From positions 35,864 through 99,863 of the forward strand of contig CACJSU010000004.1 of assembly GCA_902596165.1 (NCBI GenBank): a DNA stretch of 64,000 nt. The letters are read 5' to 3'. The first letter of the stretch is position 1; each line of letters begins with the position of its first letter. Under the pieces are notes generated by a model. It ran no database searches. It was not told the origin of the DNA and was given only the letters and a program-made list of their open reading frames with translations. The stretch is from an uncultured SAR86 cluster bacterium. Lineage in GTDB: Bacteria; Pseudomonadota; Gammaproteobacteria; Magnimaribacterales; D2472. Below are positions 32,525-40,646 of this stretch, in pieces. The translations under genes were made by a program, and so were the position numbers.

Positions 32525-33810
32525 TCATTTGAATTTTTTAATATTTTTTTTACAGCCTCATAAAGATTCTTAGCTTTCAAATATTTTGTATTAGTGTTCA
32601 TATCTTGCAATGATCCATAGCCAGTTTCGACAAGGGCTATATTAATATCTATTTTTTTAGACACACTTAAATCTTTAGCAGTATCGCTAATAAAATATGA
32701 ATTTTTTAAATCTAAATTATGTTTATTAGATGCTTCTATGAACATTCCTGGCATAGGCTTCCTGCAATTACATTTTTTTTTCAATTCAATTTTCTCTCCA
32801 TCCCAACCGGATTCAGGATGATGGGGGCAAAAAAATAAATCATCTAGATATGCACCATTTGCTCCTAATTCTGTATCTAACTTTGCATGAATCATGTTCA
32901 AATCATCAATCGAAAAAAATCCCTTAGCAATTCCTGGTTGATTTGTAACGCATATAGCTAAGTATTCTGAATTATTAATTTTCTTAATTGCTTTATGGGA
33001 AAATAAAGGAATCTTCAATTGGTTATAATTATAAACTCCATTAACCTCTTCATTGATCACACCATCTCTATCAATAAATATTGCCCGTCTTTTATTATGA
33101 TATGAGCCCAGAGTGTATTTCTTTGAACTGATATATTTCCTTGCAATGTTAATGCGTTTTCTAGTTCCAACATCAAAAATAAACTCCGATGAAGGATACG
33201 CATAAAGACTACCTAAAAGATTCGGAAAAATATCCTTTATCCAGTCAGATTGAGAATTTTTAGGAATAAAATTGATAATTTCTTTTTTTAAAAAATAAAT
33301 TGCTGAATTAACATCATTTCTTGCTAGAAAATTTTTTTTATGTGGTTTGTTAAAAATTTTTTGAATCTTAAAATTTTCATCAAAGGAAATTAAATCGCTA
33401 TCAAAAGGATGATTGTTTGGATGAGTAACAATACTTCCAATCCCACTATTTAACTTTGAAAAATTAATGAGTCTATTAAAATCAAAATTAAACAGCAAAT
33501 CTCCATAAATTACTACAAAATTATCTTGCAACTTATCTGCAATTTCTAAAAATGCACCGGCAGTGCCCATTGGTTTTGACTCGGCGTGGTGAGAAATATT
33601 AACGCCAAATTTTTTTCCGTCTCCATAATAAGATTCAATTTTTTCTGACATAAAGCCATTAAGAAATATTAAATCTTTAATGCCGGATAACTTTAAATTA
33701 TCGATAGAATATTCCAGCAATGTTTTGCCAGAAAGCTTAACCATGGGCTTTGGCTTGGAGCTAAGGCCAAGTCTTTTTCCAAAACCTCCATTAAGAATTA
33801 CTGCCTGCAT
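32521..33810 (-). CDS. Fused sugar-1-phosphate nucleotidyltransferase (HddC-like) and heptose-1,7-bisphosphate phosphatase (GmhB-like)
   Basis: N-terminal GGFGKRL…PKPM, GTAGA, YGD; C-terminal HAD FIDRDGVIN, TNQPGIA, CPHHP…CNCRKP. Confidence 0.88.
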   Translation of the reverse strand: MQAVILNGGFGKRLGLSSKPKPMVKLSGKTLLEYSIDNLKLSGIKDLIFLNGFMSEKIESYYGDGKKFGVNISHHAESKPMGTAGAFLEIADKLQDNFVVIYGDLLFNFDFNRLINFSKLNSGIGSIVTHPNNHPFDSDLISFDENFKIQKIFNKPHKKNFLARNDVNSAIYFLKKEIINFIPKNSQSDWIKDIFPNLLGSLYAYPSSEFIFDVGTRKRINIARKYISSKKYTLGSYHNKRRAIFIDRDGVINEEVNGVYNYNQLKIPLFSHKAIKKINNSEYLAICVTNQPGIAKGFFSIDDLNMIHAKLDTELGANGAYLDDLFFCPHHPESGWDGEKIELKKKCNCRKPMPGMFIEASNKHNLDLKNSYFISDTAKDLSVSKKIDINIALVETGYGSLQDMNTNTKYLKAKNLYEAVKKILKNSND

Positions 33811-34753
33811 CAATCAAAGAGACAATAGCTTCATTCACCGCCATTGAAGAACTTAACTTAGGACTCCAATCCAAATTTTGAATTTTATCCATTTTAAATT
33901 TAAATTTAGGGACATCTCCTACCCATCCTCTATCAGAGTCCTCATATTCAATATTAATATTTAAGTTCATTAACTCTAGCAAACTCTCTACAATTTCTTG
34001 AACTGTAATAGTGTCATAATTTGAAATATTATAAATATCAGGTGATTGAAAATCTGTTTTGAAAATTTGAAAGGATTGCAAAATTGCTTGGTTTAAATCA
34101 GAGGTATGCAAATAACTCTTTTCTTGCCTTCCATCTCCAAGAACAGATAAAGTTTCATTAGAATTCCTAAGCTTTTCATAAAGATCATATATAACTCCAT
34201 GAGTTAATCCTGGACCTATGATATTTGGGAACCTAAAAATAATAGACTTTAAGTTATATGATTTACTAAAGGAATGAATAAATCCTTCAGAGGCAAGTTT
34301 AGCAGCACCATAATGAGAAATTGGTAGCAATGGTCCAAAATCTTCATCAACTAAAACACTATCATTTACTTCTCCAAAAATTGCAGAAGAGGATGAAAAG
34401 AATAGATTTTGGATTTCTTTCTCTCTCATAACTTCAAGAATATTAATTGTTGTATTTAATGTATTGTTTAAATCAATTTTTGGATCTTGAAATGATTTAG
34501 AGATATCTGAATTTGCAGCAAGATGAATAATGCAATCAAATTTTTTTTTACCAATAAATTTTTTTAATTCATTTTGATCAAGCAAACTGAAGTTGCCTAT
34601 TTGGTGATCTAGAAGACCAGCTTTTAATAAATTTTTGTTTATGTAATCTTCGTTTATATCAATAACGCTAACATCAACATTGCAATCAAGAGAAAGAAAT
34701 CTTGCAAGCTCTGAGCCAATAAAACCAGCTCCACCTGCTATAAGAACTTTCAT
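33791..34753 (-). CDS. NAD-dependent nucleotide-sugar epimerase/dehydratase (extended SDR)
   Basis: GGAGFIG, HLAANSD, SSSAIFG, YGAAK, GWVGDV. Confidence 0.9.
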   Translation of the reverse strand: MKVLIAGGAGFIGSELARFLSLDCNVDVSVIDINEDYINKNLLKAGLLDHQIGNFSLLDQNELKKFIGKKKFDCIIHLAANSDISKSFQDPKIDLNNTLNTTINILEVMREKEIQNLFFSSSSAIFGEVNDSVLVDEDFGPLLPISHYGAAKLASEGFIHSFSKSYNLKSIIFRFPNIIGPGLTHGVIYDLYEKLRNSNETLSVLGDGRQEKSYLHTSDLNQAILQSFQIFKTDFQSPDIYNISNYDTITVQEIVESLLELMNLNINIEYEDSDRGWVGDVPKFKFKMDKIQNLDWSPKLSSSMAVNEAIVSLIDAGSNS

Positions 34754-35352
34754 GAAAGATACAGGTATTGAGCGAGAACATGCATTAAAGATTGATGCGA
34801 GTCCTCAATAATTCCATAATTATAAGAATTTACATGCAGGCAAATATTGCTAATTTCTTTAAGCACTCCGCCATCAAATCCTGTCATACCAATGCAAACT
34901 GAGCCAGTTGACTGATGTTGCTTAACTGCATTAATTATATTTTTGCTATTTCCTGATGATGAGATTGCTATAAGCAAGGAATCATGATCAGCTAAAAACT
35001 TTAACTGTTGCGCGAAAGCATTTTCATGACCAAAATCATTTGCAGCTGCACTATGCAGAGAAGCCATAGAGCCTAAAGGTATGACTCTCATTCTTTTATT
35101 ATCATCTTTATATGCGCCTTTTACAAAATCACAAGCAAGATGGTCAGCAATTGCGTGAGAACCACCATTACCTATGCAATAGATATTCTTATCAGAAGAA
35201 TAAAACTCTCTAAGTTTTTTGACAGCCATATTCAATTGATCAGCGTCTACAGATTGAATTGCGTTCTGTAATTCAATTGAGTATTCCTGAAGGTAAGAAT
35301 CTATTGAATCAATTCTAAAAATAACGTTTTTTGATCTTGGGTCATCTTTCAT
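34750..35352 (-). CDS. gmhA: Sedoheptulose-7-phosphate isomerase (SIS domain)
   Basis: GNGGS, AND, ISSSGNS, TGFDGG, EDSH. Confidence 0.85.
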   Translation of the reverse strand: MKDDPRSKNVIFRIDSIDSYLQEYSIELQNAIQSVDADQLNMAVKKLREFYSSDKNIYCIGNGGSHAIADHLACDFVKGAYKDDNKRMRVIPLGSMASLHSAAANDFGHENAFAQQLKFLADHDSLLIAISSSGNSKNIINAVKQHQSTGSVCIGMTGFDGGVLKEISNICLHVNSYNYGIIEDSHQSLMHVLAQYLYLS

Positions 35353-35354
35353 AA

Positions 35355-36248
35355 TTATTTATACAAACTTTTAAAAAAATTAGTCACCAGCTTTGGTGAT
35401 TTAATTAAGAAAAGCACTCCCATAATACATGTAGTAAACCACATGAGGAATACAATCAAGAAAGAATAATATGCATAAGAGGATTCAAATAAATCAAGAA
35501 AGCTGCTCCAAGAAGTCATAGCATAATTAATAACTCCAATATATCCGGGTGCACTCGGAATTATGGAACTTAAAGCTGCAATTGGCATAAATGAGAATCC
35601 TTTCCAAAAATCTAGACCCTCAAAAATATAAAAAAAAGAAGCATACGACAATCCTTCAAAAGTCCATGCAGACAATGTAATTATTAGGACTTTTGCATTT
35701 GATGTGAATGAACTATTTTCCAGCACATTGGGTGTTAGTTTTAATTCAAACACGAATGTTATAAAGAACGAAAAAAATATCAAAATTGAAATAAAATAAG
35801 TTAGTAAATACGAATGTCTAAGCCCCATAGAAAGAAAAATTATTAAAGATAAAAGTATAACTAAGGAAAACAAATCAAGAATCTTTTCTAAAACTATTAA
35901 AAAAATAGCTTTGCTTTTTTTGAAATCTGTGAAAAAGAATATTCTTAATAAGTCGCCTAAACGAAATGGTAAGATATTGTTAAAAAAATTTCCAATATAA
36001 AAACCTGATCTATAATCCCGATATGTTGGTTTATCTAAATGATAATAAAATCTCACTGGCTTAAGGATTAAGGCTATAGAATAGAAAAATATAAATAGGC
36101 CAATAGCAATATAATTAATTTGCTGAACATTAAATAGCTGATCTAAAATCTTATAATTTGTCTCAAGGATATAAAGAGAAATTATAGATAGGCCAATCCC
36201 AAAAATCCCTGTAAGAAAGTTAGAAATGGGTATAGAAAGTTTACTCAA
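35355..36248 (-). CDS. Flippase-like membrane protein (UPF0104 / LPG-synthase TM domain family)
   Basis: About 8 TM segments; NNILPFRLGDLLR, EKILD, IPSAPGYIG motifs. Confidence 0.78.
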   Translation of the reverse strand: MSKLSIPISNFLTGIFGIGLSIISLYILETNYKILDQLFNVQQINYIAIGLFIFFYSIALILKPVRFYYHLDKPTYRDYRSGFYIGNFFNNILPFRLGDLLRIFFFTDFKKSKAIFLIVLEKILDLFSLVILLSLIIFLSMGLRHSYLLTYFISILIFFSFFITFVFELKLTPNVLENSSFTSNAKVLIITLSAWTFEGLSYASFFYIFEGLDFWKGFSFMPIAALSSIIPSAPGYIGVINYAMTSWSSFLDLFESSYAYYSFLIVFLMWFTTCIMGVLFLIKSPKLVTNFFKSLYK

Positions 36249-37185
36249 TATCTTTTGAATTTTTTATATAGTCAATTATGTACTTTGGGCGCTGTTTAAT
36301 ATTTTCTGAAATTCTTAATAGATATTCAGAGATTATTCCAAGTATCAATAATTGAACACCTGTAAAAAATAATATCGCTATAAATAAAAGCGTCCAACCA
36401 GGAACCCATGTGCTAGTGTAGAGTCTTAAAATAACTGCATATACACTCCCGATGAAAGCCATCATGATCATTAAAAATGAAAGCGCTGAAGACAACCTTA
36501 ATGGCCGGGAGGAGAAAGAAATTATCCCATCTAGAGCAACTGTTAAACTTCTGAAAAAATTATATTTGGTCTCTCCAGCAAATCTTTTAGGTCTTTCAAT
36601 TTCAATAAATGAAAATTGGTAGCCGGGCCATAGACTTATACCTCGAAAAAAGGAAGTAACTTCAGACCTTGTAACAACAAAATCTCTTGCTCTACGAGAG
36701 AGCAACCTAAACTCTCCAACATTTTCAGGAATATTAATATCAAGTAGCGCACCTTGGATTTTATAAAAGATTTTTGAAGCGAATTTATAAAAAAAACTCT
36801 TGTATTCGCTGGATCTTTTAATTAAAACAATATCGCTGCCTTGTAATCTGGCATCTATCATCTTAGGTATAACTTCTGGCGGATCTTGAAGATCAGCATC
36901 CATAACGACCATAGCATCAGCATTTGAATAATCTAAACCTGCAACAATTGCATTAACTTGACCAAATTTTCTAGTTAGACGAATGACCGTAATCCATTGT
37001 TTTTCTTTGGCATAATTCTCAAGATGAGTAATTGTGTTGTCTGAGCTGTCATCTACAATGATCAAACCAATCTTAATGCCTCTTTCTTTTTTTACAGACA
37101 GAGCGAGTTTTTCAATACGCGAAATAAGCTCATCTAATGAATCTAACTCGTTATGTGTGGGAATAATAATATCAAGGTTTTTCAT
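36241..37185 (-). CDS. GtrB/DPM1-like GT2 polyprenyl-phosphate glycosyltransferase
   Basis: IIPTHNE, VDDSSD, MDADLQDPPE, GEFRL, GETKY, two C-terminal TMs, GIISEY…RPKYI. Confidence 0.9.
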   Translation of the reverse strand: MKNLDIIIPTHNELDSLDELISRIEKLALSVKKERGIKIGLIIVDDSSDNTITHLENYAKEKQWITVIRLTRKFGQVNAIVAGLDYSNADAMVVMDADLQDPPEVIPKMIDARLQGSDIVLIKRSSEYKSFFYKFASKIFYKIQGALLDINIPENVGEFRLLSRRARDFVVTRSEVTSFFRGISLWPGYQFSFIEIERPKRFAGETKYNFFRSLTVALDGIISFSSRPLRLSSALSFLMIMMAFIGSVYAVILRLYTSTWVPGWTLLFIAILFFTGVQLLILGIISEYLLRISENIKQRPKYIIDYIKNSKDIE

Positions 37186-38497
37186 AATGCTTAGTTAAGA
37201 AGTTATTAGTGTATTGAATTGCAAAGTTAGTGCCTCTATCTTCAGGATAAATATTAGCCATACTAATTTGAAATATTTTATTTTCAAGCAGGGTCGTTGG
37301 GGGGATTATTTTTTCGAATGACTTCTCCATGAATGGCTGGGAGTATTCAGATCTCCAAATTGTGAAATCATGCAAATGTTCTTCATTAAATTGTGGAAAC
37401 ATTTTTTTAAGTGCCTTTAAAGATATATCAATTAATTGGCTATCCTGCATTAAATAGTATTCATCATTGGTTTGGCAATACCTAGATAAATATACAACCC
37501 TTAAATTTTTTTCTAAAAATTTGCTGTCAAAATTAGTATGCTCAATGATTCCAACATAAGGGAATTCAGGATCAGTGATATTAAGCCAGTAAAAATCTGA
37601 TAAAGATTTTTTTAAAAATAAAACTGTACAAACATTCCCCAGATATTTGATTCTATTTAGAGATTTAATCTTAGATTCAGAAATAATTTCTTTGCATAAT
37701 TGAGCAGAGATTTTTGGTGCTGTTGTAAAGATTAATTGCTTAGCCTCAATCTTTATGTCGGTTTTGTCAAAAATATTTATTGCCTCATCAGAAGTTTGTA
37801 AAATTTTCGCTGTATTAAAATTTTTTAATATTTTGCCCCCGTTAATCTCAATTTGTTGCTCTATTTTATTTGCAAGCTCAGAAAATGAACCATCGAAGTA
37901 TATTAGATGTTCTCTTCCATCTTTGGCTCTGCTTCCGCCCCTTAAAACTAACTTTTTCCATATCCAAATTGCTGAAAGATCTTCATATAGATTTCCAAAT
38001 TTTCCCCTCAGCAGTGGTTGCCAAATCTTTTTATAAACCTCCATGCCAAATACTTTAATTAACCATTCCTTTGCTGAAATAGAGGCCAATCTGGAGTCCT
38101 CTTTAATAAAACTAGCTAGTATGTATCCAATGCCTAACCTAATCCTGCCTAAAAAAGACAATGGCTTATATCTTAAGAGATCTAAAGGAGAGCTTAATCT
38201 AAATAATGAATTAGCGTAGTATGTTCCCGTATTTGAAGGCTTTGATATAAGGCGATGATCAAGATCCAGCTCATGAACTAAATTCAATATAGCATTATCT
38301 CCGGTAAACCAATGATGATAAAACTTTTCAATCTCAATACCTTTATAGCTAAAAGTTGAAGCTAGTCCTCCAAGAAAATTCTCTTTTTCTAAAAGAATTA
38401 CTTTCTTTTTATAATCTTTGGAAAGCCGATAAGCTAAATTCAAACCAGAAAATCCACCGCCTATAATTGCAACATCAAAATTTGTTTTAATAGACAT
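37172..38497 (-). CDS. FAD-dependent oxidoreductase (amine oxidase/protoporphyrinogen-oxidase-like fold)
   Basis: IIGGGFSGL…EKENFLGGL, EKFYHHWF, IEHTNF, IYPEDRGTN. Confidence 0.85.
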   Translation of the reverse strand: MSIKTNFDVAIIGGGFSGLNLAYRLSKDYKKKVILLEKENFLGGLASTFSYKGIEIEKFYHHWFTGDNAILNLVHELDLDHRLISKPSNTGTYYANSLFRLSSPLDLLRYKPLSFLGRIRLGIGYILASFIKEDSRLASISAKEWLIKVFGMEVYKKIWQPLLRGKFGNLYEDLSAIWIWKKLVLRGGSRAKDGREHLIYFDGSFSELANKIEQQIEINGGKILKNFNTAKILQTSDEAINIFDKTDIKIEAKQLIFTTAPKISAQLCKEIISESKIKSLNRIKYLGNVCTVLFLKKSLSDFYWLNITDPEFPYVGIIEHTNFDSKFLEKNLRVVYLSRYCQTNDEYYLMQDSQLIDISLKALKKMFPQFNEEHLHDFTIWRSEYSQPFMEKSFEKIIPPTTLLENKIFQISMANIYPEDRGTNFAIQYTNNFLTKHYEKP

Positions 38498-38523
38498 AAT
38501 ATTTCAATAAATATTAGGTCAAA

Positions 38524-38928
38524 TTATGAATCCAACAGATCAGTTTTCTGCCATTGTAAATCAAGTTTTCTACTTAAAAATTTTGCTGTTTCATCTCTTA
38601 TTTCTATCACATCATTGTAAATAATTCCCATATCGAGCTTAGATTTTTTATTTTCATTTTCAGAAATATGACTAGCAATACAATATGTCTGCCCGCTGTA
38701 TAAATTATTTTTCCACTCTCCTTGAATATTCATTACTTGATGCATAGTACTTTTATAACTTTCAAGTTGCTGCATAGCTTGAATGAAATTTTCTAAACCA
38801 ATAATCTCAAATTGACCATACATAGAAAATTCATCCCACATAATATTACTCAATGATGAAAAGTGTCTTTGATCAATAATAGTTGCATATAAATTAGATA
38901 ATTTTGAAGGAACTAAATATTTTTTCAT
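38524..38928 (-). CDS. NTF2/SnoaL-like domain protein
   Basis: 134 aa; YATIID, TMHQVMN, YCIASH, YND, terminal SR..W pattern. Confidence 0.75.
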   Translation of the reverse strand: MKKYLVPSKLSNLYATIIDQRHFSSLSNIMWDEFSMYGQFEIIGLENFIQAMQQLESYKSTMHQVMNIQGEWKNNLYSGQTYCIASHISENENKKSKLDMGIIYNDVIEIRDETAKFLSRKLDLQWQKTDLLDS

Positions 38929-39815
38929 TATTTTTTAACCTCAGAAATAAGTTGAAGTATTTTAGGAATGTCTTCAGGTGTTCGAACAAAATTAATAGGA
39001 AATACCTCTATTTCATCTAAACCAGCATTAATCGATTTCTCTAATTCCAAAAGTGTTAAGTCTATGTCGGGAATTCCATTTTCATTAATTTGTGTAGGAA
39101 GCTGACCTCTAATTCTTGGCTGTTCATGCCTACCTTCGTTGTTAAAAGCTTCAGCTAAAATCTCTTTTCCAGTAGAAATAAACTCTCTGTTTGTTTTGAT
39201 TGGAATCCAGCCATGACCTATTTTAGCAATTTTCTTAGCATTATTAGGTGTCATCTTTAATCCAAATAAAAGGGGCAAATCTTTTCCCTGAATTGGTCGA
39301 GGGTGACACCAAATATCATCAAAACTGAAGTGTTCACCATTAAATGAAACAGGACTATTGTCCCAAAGTAATTTGCATATATCTAAGGTCTCCCAAAATA
39401 TCTCTGTTCGGTTTTCAAAATTCACTCCTGCGGTATCAAATTCTTCTTTTTGCCAACCCAAGCCAACTCCCAGCTCTAATCTTCCATTAGATATAGCGTC
39501 TAAAGTAGCTGTTGTCTTGGCGAGGAGTGCTGGATTTCTTAATGGTGCAATTAATATAGCAGTTGCAAGCTTAATTTTGGCTGTATTAGACGCAATCATA
39601 GTCAGTATAGATAATGGCTCATACCATGGGGCTTCAGATGGTAAAGGAAATTTGCCAAAAGGATATTTATGCAGGTTCTTTCCCATGACCACATGATCAG
39701 TAACACTCACAGAATCAAAGCCTAGTTCTTCTGCCATTTGAGAAATTTCAATATATGATGAGATATCTCCACCGTAAAAATTTTCTAAACCAAATAAACC
39801 TAAAACTAACTTCAT
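38928..39815 (-). CDS. Luciferase-like monooxygenase (LLM) class oxidoreductase, resembling the probable F420-dependent Rv2161c-like family
   Basis: AEELGFDSVSVTDHVV, PLRNPALLAK…TLD..SNGRLELGVGLGWQKEEF, PRPIQ. Confidence 0.85.
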   Translation of the reverse strand: MKLVLGLFGLENFYGGDISSYIEISQMAEELGFDSVSVTDHVVMGKNLHKYPFGKFPLPSEAPWYEPLSILTMIASNTAKIKLATAILIAPLRNPALLAKTTATLDAISNGRLELGVGLGWQKEEFDTAGVNFENRTEIFWETLDICKLLWDNSPVSFNGEHFSFDDIWCHPRPIQGKDLPLLFGLKMTPNNAKKIAKIGHGWIPIKTNREFISTGKEILAEAFNNEGRHEQPRIRGQLPTQINENGIPDIDLTLLELEKSINAGLDEIEVFPINFVRTPEDIPKILQLISEVKK

Positions 39816-39891
39816 AGAACAAATAATTTTTTAATATATTTGATTGTACGAATATTTCTCATCTAATGCACTTCATAGACCATCTTTAATT

Positions 39892-40605
39892 CTAAATGAT
39901 TAGAATCAAAGCAAGAAATGATAAAAGTAATTTCAAAATAATATTAAAAGCATCGAACGCAATTGAAGAAATCAATGCTCTTCCCAAGACTGCGCCTGCA
40001 TATCCAGCAATAGCTAAAATAAAAATAAAAAAAAGATACTCTTTTAATGAAAAACTAAAGAAATATATAAATAAAAAGATTTTAATAGTATGTTGATAAA
40101 TCATAACTGCGCCATGATTTGCAACCAGTAATTGAGGAGACAAGTTTTTTGTACGCATGTAGGCCGTTACTAATGGTCCATTTGCACCAATAAAGATTCC
40201 GGCAAATCCAGAAATAAACCCACAAAACCAATCATTACGCATTATTGAAAGAATAAAACTATCCAGAGGCGCCCAGGTAAAAAATAAAATTGTTCCAGCT
40301 ATTAACCATATGAGCACTTCTTCTGGAATGGATCCAAATAAAAATATTCCTATAAATGCACCGAAAGTTGTAGCAATTAAAATATTTTGTATCAAGCTCC
40401 ATCTAAAAAATTCTTTATAAACAAACGTCCTCGATAGATTATTAGAAAGTTGAATAGCTCCATGCAAAGGAATAAGAGTTGCAGGAGAAAAAGACTGGGC
40501 TAATGCAACTAACATAATTAACCCTCCCCCCACACTAAAAATGGATGTTAGCAAAGATGTTACGAAAGATAAGGCAGCAAAAAAAGTTATAAACTCTATG
40601 GTCAT
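39892..40605 (-). CDS. TauE/SafE (TSUP) family transporter
   Basis: SVGGGLIM, IPLHG, GFISGF…GANGPL; multi-TM; start taken at ATG 40605. Confidence 0.82.
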   Translation of the reverse strand: MTIEFITFFAALSFVTSLLTSIFSVGGGLIMLVALAQSFSPATLIPLHGAIQLSNNLSRTFVYKEFFRWSLIQNILIATTFGAFIGIFLFGSIPEEVLIWLIAGTILFFTWAPLDSFILSIMRNDWFCGFISGFAGIFIGANGPLVTAYMRTKNLSPQLLVANHGAVMIYQHTIKIFLFIYFFSFSLKEYLFFIFILAIAGYAGAVLGRALISSIAFDAFNIILKLLLSFLALILII

Positions 40606-40646
40606 ATAAGAGTGTGTTTTAACTATAAAGGAATTAAGATTAACAC

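Noticed and set aside
37172-38497. Annotation as protoporphyrinogen oxidase (hemY)
   Set aside because: Only the FAD-binding fold is shared; the context is entirely sugar and glycosylation genes
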